Below, in pieces: positions 52,301 through 64,000 of a stretch of 64,000 nucleotides of DNA. Each line of letters starts with the position of its first letter. Position 1 is the stretch's first letter. The notes beneath the pieces were generated by a model. It saw only the letters and a list, made by a program, of their open reading frames with translations. It had not been told where the DNA came from and did no database searches. Both the position numbers and the translations under genes were made by a program. Source of the stretch: Paragordius varius (lineage: Eukaryota; Animalia; Nematomorpha); NCBI GenBank assembly GCA_964247055.1, contig OZ176052.1, positions 2,170,001 through 2,234,000 on the forward strand. Direction: 5' to 3'.

Positions 52301-55300
52301 GAAACGGATGAAGTGGATATGAAGAAGGGTGAAACATTAGAAGAAACGGATGAAGTGGATATGAAGAAGGGTAAAACATTAGAAGAAACGGATGAAGTGG
52401 ATATGAAGAAGGTTGAACATTAGAAGAAACGGAGGAAGTGGATATGAAGAAGGGTGAAACATTAGAAGAAACGGATGAAGTGGATATGAAGAAGGGTGAA
52501 ACATTAGAAGAAACGGATGAAGTGGATATGAAGAAGGGTAAAACATTAGAAGAAACGGATGAAGTGGATATGAAGAAGGTTGAACATTAGAAGAAACGGA
52601 GGAAGTGGATATGAAGAAGGGTGAAACATTAGAAGAAACGGAGGAAGTGGATATGAAGAAGGGTGAAACTTTAGAAGAAACGGATAAGTGGATATGAAGA
52701 AGAGTTGAACATTAGAAGAAACGGATGAAGTGGATAATAAGAAGTGTGAAACATTAGAAGAAACGGATGAAGTGGATATGAAGAAGGGTGAAACATTAGA
52801 AGAAACGGATGAAGTGGATATGAAGAAGAGTTAAACATTAGAAGAAACGGATGAAGTGGATATGAAGAAGGGTGAAACATTAGAAGAAACGGATGAAGAG
52901 GATAGGAAGAAGGGTGAAACATTAGAAGAAACGGATGAAGTGGATATGAAGAAGGGTTAAACATTAGAAGAAACGGATGAAGAGGATAGTAAAAAGGGTG
53001 AAACATTAGAAGAAACGGATGAAGAGGATATGAAGAAGGGTGAAACATTAGAAGAAACGGATGAAATGGATATGAAGAAGGGTGAAACATTAGAAGAAAC
53101 GGATGAAGTGGATATGAAGAAGGGTGAAACATTAGAAGAAACGGATGAAGTGGATATGAAGAAGGGTTAAACATTAGAAGAAACGGATGAAGAGGATAGT
53201 AAAAAGGGTGAAACATTAGAAGAAACGGATGAAGAGGATATGAAGAAGGGTGAAACATTAGAAGAAACGGATGAAGAGGATATGAAGAAGGGTGAAACAT
53301 TAGAAGAAACGGATGAAATGGATATGAAGAAGGGTGAAACATTAGAAGAAACGGATGAAGTGGATATGAAGAAGGGTGAAACATTAGAAGAAACGGATGA
53401 AATGGATATGAAGAAGGGTGAAACATTAGAAGAAACGGATGAAGTGGATATGAAGAAGGGTGAAACTTTAGAAGAAACGGATGAAGTGGATATGAAGAAG
53501 GGTGAAACATTAGAAGAAACGGATGAAGTGGATATGAAGAAGGGTGAAACTTAGAAGAAACGGATGAAGTGGATATGAAGAAGGGTGAAACTTTAGAAGA
53601 AACGGATGAAGTGGATATGAAGAAGGGTAAAACATTAGAAGAAACGGATGAAGTGGATATGAAGAAGGGTGAAACATTAGAAGAAACGGATGAAGTGGAT
53701 ATGAAGAAGGGTGAAACTTTAGAAGAAACGGATAAGTGGATATGAAGAAGAGTTGAACATTAGAAGAAACGGATGAAGTGGATATGAAGAAGGGTGAAAC
53801 ATTAGAAGAAACGGATGAAGTGGATATGAAGAAGGGTAAAACATTAGAAGAAACGGATGAAGTGGATATGAAGAAGGGTGAAACATTAGAAGAAACGGAT
53901 GAAGTGGATATGAAGAAGGGTGAAACATTAGAAGAAACGGATGAAGAGGATAGGAAGAAGGGTGAAACATTAGAAGAAACGGATGAAGTGGATATGAAGA
54001 AGGGTTAAACATTAGAAGAAACGGATGAAGAGGATAGTAAAAAGGGTGAAACATTAGAAGAAACGGATGAAGAGGATATGAAGAAGGGTGAAACATTAGA
54101 AGAAACGGATGAAGAGGATATGAAGAAGGGTGAAACATTAGAAGAAACGGATGAAATGGATATGAAGAAGGGTGAAACATTAGAAGAAACGGATGAAGTG
54201 GATATGAAGAAGGGTGAAACATTAGAAGAAACGGATGAAGTGGATATGAAGAAGGGTGAAACTTTAGAAGAAACGGATGAAGTGGATATGAAGAAGGGTG
54301 AAACATTAGAAGAAACGGAGGAAGTGGATATGAAGAAGGGTGAAACTTTAGAAGAAACGGATGAAGTGGATATGAAGAAGGGTGAAACATTAGAAGAAAC
54401 GGATGAAGTGGATATGAAGAAGGGTGAAACTTTAGAAGAAACGGATGAAGTGGATATGAAGAAGGGTGAAACATTAGAAGAAACGGATGAAGTGGATATG
54501 AAGAAGGGTGAAACTTTAGAAGAAACGGATGAAGTGGATATGAAGAAGGGTGAAACTTAAGAAGAAACGGATGAAGTGGATATGAAGAAGGGTGAAACAT
54601 TAGAAGAAACGGATGAAGTGGATATAAAGAAGGGTGAAACATTAGAAGAAACGGAGGAAGTGGATATGAAGAAGGGTGAAACTTTAGAAGAAACGGATGA
54701 AGTGGATATGAAGAAGGGTGAAACATTAGAAGAAACGGATGAAGTGGATATGAAGAAGGGTGAAACTTTAGAAGAAACGGATGAAGTGGATATGAAGAAG
54801 GGTGAAACATTAGAAGAAACGGATGAAGTGGATATGAAGAAGGGTGAAACATTAGAAGAAACGGATGAAGTGGATATGAAGAAGGGTGAAACTTTAGAAG
54901 AAACGGATGAAGTGGATATGAAGAAGGGTGAAACTTTAGAAGAAACGGATGAAGTGGATATGAAGAAGGGTGAAACATTAGAAGAAACGGATGAAGTGGA
55001 TATGAAGAAGGGTAAAACATTAGAAGAAACGGATGAAGTGGATATGAAGAAGAGTTAAACATTAGAAGAAACGGATGAAGTGGATATGAAGAAGAGTTAA
55101 ACATTAGAAGAAACGGATGAAGTGGATATGAAGAAGGGTGAAACTTTAGAAGAAACGGATGAAGAGGATATGAAGAAGGGTGAAACATTAGAAGAAACGG
55201 ATGAAGTGGATATAAAGAAGGGTGAAACATTAGAAGAAACGGATGAAGTGGATATGAAGAAGGGTGAAACATTAGAAGAAACGGATGAAGTGGATATGAA

Positions 55301-58300
55301 GAAGGGTGAAACTTTAGAAGAAACGGATGAAGAGGATATGAAGAGAAACATTAGAAGAAACGGAGGAAGTGGATATGAAGAAGGGTGAAACTTTAGAAGA
55401 AACGGATGAAGTGGATATGAAGAAGGGTGAAACTTTAGAAAAAACGGATGAAGTGGATATGAAGAAGGGTGAAACTTTAGAAGAAACGGATGAAGTGGAT
55501 ATGAAGAAGGGTGAAACTTTAGAAGAAACGGATGAAGTGGATATAAAGAAGGGTGAAACATTAGAAGAAACGGATGAAGTGGATATGAAGAAGTGTGAAA
55601 CTTTAGAAGAAACGGATGAAGTGGATATGAAGAAGGGTGAAACATTAGAAGAAACGGATGAAGTGGATATAAAGAAGGGTGAAACATTAGAAGAAACGGA
55701 TGAAGTGGATATGAAGAAGGGTGAAACATTAGAAGAAACGGATGAAGTGGATATGAAGAAGAGTTAAACATTAGAAGAAACGGATGAAGTGGATATGAAG
55801 AAGAGTTAAACATTAGAAGAAACGGATGAAGTGGATATGAAGAAGGGTGAAACATTAGAAGAAACGGATGAAGTGGATATGAAGAAGGGTGAAACTTTAG
55901 AAGAAACGGATGAAGTGGATAATAAGAAGGGTTAAACATTAGAAGAAACGGAGGAAGTGGATATGAAGAAGAGTTAAACATTAGAAGAAACGGATGAAGT
56001 GGATATGAAGAAGGGTTAACCTTTAGAAGAAACGGAGGAAGTGGATATGAAGAAGGGTTAAACATTAGAAGAAACGGATGAAGTGGATATGAAGAAGGGT
56101 GAAACTTTAGAAGAAACGGATGAAGTGGATATGAAGAAGGGTGAAACATTAGAAGAAACGGATGAAGTGGATATGAAGAAGGGTGAAACATTAGAAGAAA
56201 CGGAGGAAGAGGATATGAAGAAGGGTGAAACATTAGAAGAAACGGATGAAGTGGATATGAAGAAGAGTTAAACATTAGAAGAAACGGATGAAGTGGATAT
56301 GAAGAAGGGTGAAACTTTAGAAGAAACGGATGAAGTGGATAATAAGAAGGGTTAAACATCAGAAGAAACGGAGGAAGTGGATATGAAGAAGGGTGAAACA
56401 TTAGAAGAAACGGATGAAGTGGATATGAAGAAGGGTGAAACATTAGAAGAAACGGAGGAAGAGGATATGAAGAAGGGTGAAACATTAGAAGAAACGGAGG
56501 AAGTGGATATGAACAAGGGTTAAACATTAGAAGAAACGGATGAAGATGATAGGAAGAAGGGTGAAACATTAGAAGAAACGGATGAAGTGGATATGAAGAA
56601 GGGTGAAACTTTAGAAGAAACGGATGAAGTGGATAATAAGAAGGGTTAAACATTAGAAGAAACGGAGGAAGTGGATATGAAGAAGGGTTACCTTTAGAAG
56701 AAACGGAGGAAGTGGATATGAACAAGGGTTAAACATTAGAAGAAACGGATGAAGATGATAGGAAGAAGGGTGAAACATTAGAAGAAACGGATGAAGTGGA
56801 TATGAAGAAGGGTGAAACTTTAGAAGAAACGGATGAAGTGGATAATAAGAAGGGTTAAACATTAGAAGAAACGGAGGAAGTGGATATGAAGAAGGGTTAC
56901 CTTTAGAAGAAACGGAGGAAGTGGATATGAACAAGGGTTAAACATTAGAAGAAACGGATGAAGATGATAGGAAGAAGGGTGAAACATTAGAAGAAACGGA
57001 TGAAGTGGATATGAAGAAGGGTGAAACTTTAGAAGAAACGGATGAAGTGGATAATAAGAAGGGTTAAACATTAGAAGAAACGGAGGAAGTGGATATGAAG
57101 AAGGGTTAACCTTTAGAAGAAACGGAGGAAGTGGATATGAACAAGGGTTAAACATTAGAAGAAACGGATGAAGATGATAGGAAGAAGGGTGAAACATTAG
57201 AAGAAACGGATGAAGTGGATATGAAGAAGGGTGAAACTTTAGAAGAAACGGATGAAGTGGATAATAAGAAGGGTTAAACATCAGAAGAAACGGAGGAAGT
57301 GGATATGAAGAAGGGTGAAACATTATAAGAAACGGATGAAGTGGATATGAAGAAGGGTGAAACATTAGAAGAAACGGATGAAGTGGATATGAAGAAGGGT
57401 GAAACATTAGAAGAAACGGAGGAAGTGGATATGAAGAAGGGTGAAACTTTAGAAGAAACGGATGAAGTGGATATGAAGAAGGGTGAAACTTTAGAAGAAA
57501 CGGATGAAGTGGATATGAAGAAGGGTGAAACTTTAGAAGAAACGGATGAAGTGGATATGAAGAAGGGTGAAACATTAGAAGAAACGGATGAAGAGGATAG
57601 GAAGAAGGGTGAAACTTTAGAAGAAACGGATGAAGTGGATATGAAGAAGGGTGAAACATTAGAAGAAACGGATGAAGAGGATAGGAAGAAGGGTGAAACA
57701 TTAGAAGAAACGGATGAAGTGGATATGAAGAAGGGTGAAACTTTAGAAGAAACGGATGAAGTGGATAATAAGAAGGGTGAAACATTAGAAGAAACGGATG
57801 AAGTGGATATGAAGAAGGGTGAAACTTTAGAAGAAACGGATGAAGTGGATATGAAGAAGGGTGAAACTTTAGAAGAAACGGATGAAGAGGATATGAAGAA
57901 GAGTTAAACATTAGAAGAAACGGATGAAGTGGATATGAAGAAGGGTGAAACATTAGAAGAAACGGATGAAGAGGATATGAAGAAGAGTTAAACATTAGAA
58001 GAAACGGATGAAGTGGATATGAAGAAGGGTGAAACATTAGAAGAAACGGATGAAGTGGATATGAAGAAGGGTGAAACATTAGAAGAAACGGATGAAGAGG
58101 ATATGAAGAAGGGTGAAACTTTAGAAGAAACGGATGAAGAGGATAGTAAGAAGGGTGAAACTTTAGAAGAAACGGAGGAAGTGGATATGAAGAAGGGTGA
58201 AACATTAGAAGAAACGGATGAAGTGGATATGAAGAAGGGTGAAACATTAGAAGAAACGGATGAAATGGATATGAAGAAGGGTGAAACATTAGAAGAAACG

Positions 58301-58858
58301 GATGAAGAGGATAGGAAGAAGGGTGAAACTTTAGAAGAAACGGATGAAGAGGATAGGAAGAAGGGTGAAACATTAGAAGAAACGGATGAAGTGGATATGA
58401 AGAAGGGTGAAACATTAGAAGAAACGGATGAAGAGGATATGAAGAAGGGTGAAACTTTAGAAGAAACGGATGAAGTGGATATGAAGAAGGGTGAAACTTT
58501 AGAAGAAACGGATGAAGTGGATATGAAGAAGGGTGAAACTTTAGAAGAAACGGATGAAGTGGATATGAAGAAGGGTGAAACATTAGAAGAAACGGATGAA
58601 GAGGATAGGAAGAAGGGTGAAACTTTAGAAGAAACGGATGAAGAGGATAGGAAGAAGGGTGAAACATTAGAAGAAACGGAGGAAGTGGATATGAAGAAGG
58701 GTGAAACATTAGAAGAAACGGATGAAGTGGATATGAAGAAGAGTTAAACATTAGAAGAAACGGATGAAGTGGATATGAAGAAGGGTGAAACTTTAGAAGA
58801 AACGGAGGAAGTGGATATGAACAAGGGTTAAACATTAGAAGAAACGGAGGAAGTGGAT
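40316..58858. repeat. 18.5-kb tandem satellite, 42-bp unit, about 440 copies
   Basis: Consensus GGATGAAGTGGATATGAAGAAGGGTGAAACATTAGAAGAAAC (19 A, 14 G, 7 T, 2 C). Degenerate units grade into unique DNA at about 40090-40315 and 58859-58950. Confidence 0.98.
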
Positions 58859-60318
58859 TGGAAGAATATTGAAACCTTAGAAACCGACAATTTGGTTGTT
58901 AAAAATGATTGATGTTTAGAAACGGATTAAAAGGTGTTATGAAGGTTCTGCCAAACTAGTTTTGGTAAGATTTTTAAGAATTTATATTCATTATATGCAT
59001 TTGTTTGAGTGTTGTTTAGAATTGTAAAATAAATCATAAGTATAATTTTATAATGGGGCTTTAATAGGACAAAACATTCAAAGGGGGTCTACGACAGTTT
59101 CTTTATTTATGATAACTCATAAAATTATATTCGTCCCTTTATATATCCTTATTTTATTGTATAAGTTTTGAATCTTACCAATCGATATCTGACAGGGCAC
59201 GGCTAGTTTATTTAAATTCCTTTGATATAGTTTAAACATTTATTTTAAAAAATTATATTTTTATTATTTTATTGAATTATTTAAACATATATTCCTTTTT
59301 AAACTAAATATTTCCTAAAGGGGTCACTCTCATTAATGTATACGGATAATGTTAAATATAATTAAAACAGATGTTATTCTCTGTTATGTCTAAATTTGAA
59401 TTCGCTCTTTATATAAAATCATAAACTAGAACACTAATTATTTTTTAAATAATTTTATATTTTGTAACAAATGCGTATGTTGCATAAGTTGATGATAATT
59501 AGTGGGTCAGGTTAAAAATCAACGCATCTCTAACTTTGACTGTCACATAGTGGTGTTAAGGAGAATGCCCGTCATACTTTTTCACGATATCAGATGTCAA
59601 AATATTTAGTTCTATGATACTCATTTGATATAGATAAAACGAAAAAATAATGTTTTACAAATTAATTAAGAAATTGATATTTAATATTCGTCTATCCTTT
59701 GATAAATGGATTTAACGTTTTGACAATTAGATTGCTTTCGTTTTGTGTAATTAAAATTATCAAATATATTTGCATAAATGTGGTATAAGCTCTGAATAAA
59801 CAGGGTGACAGTCATAATAGTGAATATTTTGGTTTTTATTCATAAAAAGGCGCGGTATTTATACCGATTGAAATTAAATTATAGGTAAAATTCTAAAAAT
59901 TTCAACTATTTTACCAAAAAAAATTATGTCTACATTGTTATTTTATTACAGTAGTGTATTGTAAAAACAACAAATGTTTATAATTATCATTATTTCCCTA
60001 TATTTTAACATAACCATTATTAATTTGATTAAGAACAAACTATTTTTACACCATATGTTACTGTATAGATAAAAAATATTACACATATATGTTTTTCATA
60101 AAATGTACGTTGTTTGTTTTATTTCTTACTAACAGGCGTAAACACAACTCCCTCTACATATAAATATAAACGATACGAATGCATAAATATAACAAATGTA
60201 TAGATATTGTTTAGGTACATATATATTTATTTTATATACCATTCTAACATTTTTTGTTTGTTTTCGTTAAATAATTTAAACCACTTTGTATGTTATAATT
60301 TTATACGTTATAATTTCA

Positions 60319-60589
60319 ATGGTCGAGAACAATTGTATGCCCGCCACTTTTTCTAAATTATTGGAAAATGAAATCTCTGATAATAATGATATTACAATGC
60401 AAAGGAAGGCTGAAGTATGCATTGCATCTGCAATTCAAAATCACTATCTTGGTACCAATATTAATGTACAAGAATCTCTAAATTTTCCAACAAATTCAGA
60501 TAATAATGGGACAAAACTTGTATTTACTGCAAACAATAACAACGAAACAGACGCTTCTAATTCCGAAAAACCAAAAACACCAAGAAGAA
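60319..60589 (+). CDS. Putative first coding exon (about 90 aa, N/S/T-rich), unknown product
   Basis: ATG at 60319, open frame ending KPKTPRR at a phase-1 GT donor (AGAA|GTATAC, 60590). No recognisable domain; may be spurious. Confidence 0.35.
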
Positions 60590-61188
60590 GTATACTATTA
60601 TTTTGATATATGTGATCCTCTTACGATTCCCATTTAATATGTGTTGCTAGTTTTTCATTAAATATTGCCGGTAGCATTTACAGTAAAGAGCAATTCTATT
60701 GGCGAAAAAACAGATAATATTCAGCCAAATTTAAACCAATTTTCTTCTCTTAATGTAAATGCTCTCTGGCAATTTTCAATGAAAAACTAGCGCTATTGCT
60801 CTTTAAGGTTTTTTTATTTTTTGTTCAGTATTTTTTTATTTTTATGCCATATGTGATAGCAAAGCAGATGGTTTAATACAGTAGCATATGGTACAAAAAA
60901 TAGTTTGTTCAAAAATAAATGAACAAAACTAATTTTAACACATAAAAAAACTTGTTCAATTGCAACCATTTGTTGTTTTACCAAACTCTATTTTAAAATG
61001 AAAATATTCAAAATTAATGTTGTCATAAAAAATTCATTTTTTAACCTAAACCTATTGTAATAATCTTCGCAGATTTTGCGAATAAATTCAATATTTTGCC
61101 AAGTTCGTCCATCTCTATGTACTATTTTAAAAATAAGCTTTATCCCAAAACATAATAGTATACCACACTATAGTTGGGCAATTTTCAC

Positions 61189-61299
61189 CACAGTAGTGTA
61201 GGAAAAAACAACTAAATGTTGAATAAACATTTTTTCCTTTCTTCCATTACTCTGTTTATTTTATTCAATATTTTGTTGTACATTTCATGCACTACTGTG
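61189..61299. repeat. 111-bp hairpin or tiny MITE with a 40-bp imperfect inverted repeat
   Basis: CACAGTAGTG(T)AGGAAAAAAACAACTAAATGTTGAATAAA versus TTTATTCAATATTTTGTTGTACATTTCATGCACTACTGTG. No TSD seen. Confidence 0.5.
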
Positions 61300-61408
61300 T
61301 TGCGCATTGCCCGATTAGTGTGAAATAAACAACCATAATATTATTATGCTGTAATAAAGGTCTTTCTATAAATAAAATCAATTATTATTATTTATAAAAA
61401 ATTGTTTA

Positions 61409-61969
61409 TAACTTCGAGTCAAATTGGGGTATCTAAGTACCCCAGGCAATATTGAATTTGATATTTTTAAAAAAAAACTAATGAAAAAAACGGTCCCAAT
61501 TTAAATTTATGCATCTTTCCTCATAAAAATTATATGAATAACCCGAAATATCTCAATAAATTTAGTTTTTAAATATGGGTTCCATATCAAACCACTTAGG
61601 CGCCATTTTTATTTTACAACGTTTTGGCAAAATATCCTGTTTATTTGATTTCAAAGCTAAAATTAAAGCGCATATTTTAATTTAATTCACATCTAACATT
61701 GATAGAAACATAAAAAGTGGTTTATTTTGTATTATTAAAACTAATGCACATATGAGGTTGACTAAATTTTTACCTTTGTGTTTCACCTTAAAATAACTAA
61801 TATCAAGTATTTTTGAATATTTTTATATTTCGGTTAAGTAATGTTATATGAGTGCACACTTTTCATGTTTTTACATATTTTTTGAAGTATTTAATTTTAA
61901 GCAGGCCTGGGGTATCAAACTACCCCAATTTGAATCGAAGGACCGAAATGAATGTGTTGTATCCAAGTG
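61409..61969 (-). mobile_element. piggyBac-like MITE, moderately diverged
   Basis: Ends ...GTTGTATCCAAGTG|TTAA (61970-73). The other end ACTTCGAGTCAAATTGGGGTATC has a mutated TTAA. Confidence 0.8.
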
Positions 61970-62193
61970 TTAATGTTGCAAGAATGATCTAAAAAATCAT
62001 CTGACGAGACTTTACAAATTTTATTCCCGAACAAATGATAAAAATGTTTCCCTTGATTCTAAAATAATTTCAAATGATTATATTTCTTAAAACAACATCT
62101 CAAAATACGGAAAAATCTACCTCCATTCTCTCTGGCTATTAATTTAATTAATCCAAATTCTGAGCTTATTAGTTAAGCTTTGCAATTACTATC

Positions 62194-62227
<34 letters not shown>

Positions 62228-62248
62228 TTTTTTCCCACTGACATATAG

Positions 62249-63270
62249 AAAATAATAAATGGAATGAAGAAAAACTCAAACTGGCCTACAACTATTTCGC
62301 CGATCCGGCTTACAATCAAAAGACTAATACCGAACTTGCAAAGTTAATTGGCGTTAACAAAATTAGTCTTGGGCGTTACCGACAAGATTTGGCTAAAGGC
62401 AAGGAAATACATTTAACTAATAGTGGTAGAAGGCCAAACTACGAATTGATGAAGTGGTTGAAAGGCGTTTTCGAAAACGATAATACCATGAATCGAAAAC
62501 AACTTAAACAAATGCTACCAGCTTCGTTTGAGAAAGTTTCCCTAGTCACCATACTAATTACACTTGGTAAAATGGGTATGAGAAGCAAAATGCATCGCAT
62601 TTACGAGGAGGAGATTGTCAATACGCCAGAAATTATTAACCAACGTTACCATTTTGCCGTACGGACCAAAGATGTACCCATGAATAAAATATTTTACATA
62701 AAACAAGTTCAAGTGTTTCCAAATGGATTCATTAAACGAGTATATGTTCACAAAGACGAACCACCTACCCTAAAATATACGAAGGAACGAACAAGCCTTA
62801 TGTGTCTCGTGGGTGTGAATGGTGTCATCCGATATGATATTAAACGGGGTCTTTATGATGCAACTAGTTACGAAACATTTCTCGTCAAATGCTTAAATAT
62901 GCCTCAAACTAATGGTTCATATCTTGTGTTTGATCCAACAAATGTTATGGTAAACTTCGATACTCCAGCCCTAAGTCAGTTTAGGGAGAGATTGATTTTA
63001 TTACCCCTGTATAGTCAACAATTGAATCCGGCACATTTATTCCTTAACAAATTCCTTAAAGAACATAACGTAACGGCTCGTAGCGATACGATTGATTTAT
63101 GCTCTAAAATCGTCGATTTAATTCAAACCATAGATCAAAAACTTATCAAGGGTTATTACAACTTCTCTCATAAACTTTTGTGCAACGTTGCTTTAGCTGG
63201 GAAACCGTTAACAAAAGAATTACATGTTAATCGGCACACCAAACTCAAATATGATTTAAATTGTGATTAA
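62249..63270 (+). CDS. Intact Tc1/IS630-like (DDE_3) transposase-derived ORF with a degenerate catalytic triad
   Basis: Frame is open from 62242 to TAA at 63270. HTH-like NTELAKLIGVNKISLGRY lies upstream of the track start. DDE-fold motifs: IFYIKQ (cf. IFIDES), TSLMCLVGVNGV, SYETFL, YLVFDP (cf. IVMDN), LLPLYSQQLNPAH (cf. LPPYSPxLNPIE). Preceded by a splice acceptor at 62247-48. Confidence 0.8.
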
Positions 63271-64000
63271 AAAATTGTGTTTGAATTTATTTTATATTTG
63301 TTTTGATTAAAATTATTTCTCAATTATATATAAATAATTCTTTATAAATATATGATCACATACGAACTTTGCCTAAAACGAAGCTATTATTTTAATTTAT
63401 CCAAAGTATTGGAGGACATTGTCATTCTTTGATAAAATCGAATTAATTGTGATTGGATCGCTATGTCGAATTACTATACCCCTATAGTTATGTTGAAGCA
63501 ATGAATTATATGTTAGCCTTAATTATTTTGAACCAATTATTCATTTTTAAGATATACCATATTACGGCTAAATTGTATTATCTTATCATGGAGGGATGCG
63601 TTGCTAGAGTCGACGTCGATATTTTGCAAGATTTTAAATATCTTTTACAAATTGCGGTTTATAGTTTTGATATTGAGTTCTATCAATAAATTATTTTTTT
63701 AAATATTGTCCATCCACTTGATTTTATTCGACTTCTTTAACGTATCCAATGACCTTTCTCAACCCTTTAAATTCCTTTGAACTATAATTTTAAGGAAATT
63801 TATCAAATAAAAAATGTCTTGACAGAATTATAAACATTACGATCCCTAATATATCACTGTTTTTCACGTCCATTTTCACCGAATAATATTCATTGACACT
63901 TAAAACGAAATATGTTCCGGGAGGAGCATCTTTTTACTTCCCAAAGTATGTTACCAAAAATGGTCAAATCATTTTTATTTCTTGATTTTAAAGAAGTTAT

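Noticed and set aside
40323-58747. Plus-strand (DEVDMKKGETLEET)n ORFs as a current gene, or as evidence of TAA=Glu or TGA=Trp recoding
   Set aside because: Broken by frameshifts as well as stops. Other genes here end at TGA (DCST1) and TAA (transposase-derived ORF), consistent with the standard code.
40282-58835. Very long minus-strand ORFs (MFHPSSYPLHPFLL)n, up to 1836 aa
   Set aside because: By-product of a pyrimidine-rich 42-bp repeat that lacks stop codons in that frame; the frame shifts at 1-nt indels, and there are no unique flanking domains.
40316-58858. CRISPR array
   Set aside because: No unique spacers between repeats, no cas genes, and the context is eukaryotic with spliceosomal introns.
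59185-59207. GGGCACGGCTAGT resembling a Helitron 3' end
   Set aside because: No convincing upstream hairpin or 5' TC end.

Overview
Very AT-rich eukaryotic DNA, most likely animal (animal-type HAAO, DCST1 and a metazoan-type 5S rRNA). The species cannot be assigned from the sequence. Three intron-containing host genes lie on the minus strand: an Acinus/ACIN1 orthologue running off the left edge (<447-4140), a 3-hydroxyanthranilate 3,4-dioxygenase (HAAO) homologue with a roughly 350-aa low-complexity insertion (about 24109-31188), and a DC-STAMP-domain sperm-fusion gene of the DCST1/sneaky type (33500-38949). Three splices that restore the reading frame need only 22-24 nt introns. There is one isolated 5S rRNA gene. 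Transposon content is dense: hAT MITEs with perfect 8-bp TSDs, six copies of a TTAA piggyBac-like MITE, a non-autonomous Helitron and two RTE-type LINE remnants. A 9.2-kb mirror-symmetric block (14258-23472) consists of two near-identical inverted 1992-bp elements with CACTGTG termini and an 11-bp end asymmetry, flanking a 4.6-kb TA-flanked foldback palindrome. An 18.5-kb array of a 42-bp purine-rich satellite (about 440 units, 40316-58858) explains the long repetitive ORFs in the track. Near the right edge is an intact Tc1/IS630-like transposase ORF with a K-D-H triad in place of D-D-E, no visible TIRs and a splice acceptor, making it a candidate domesticated gene. Exon boundaries and alignments were done by eye from remembered family motifs and need database and RNA-seq confirmation.
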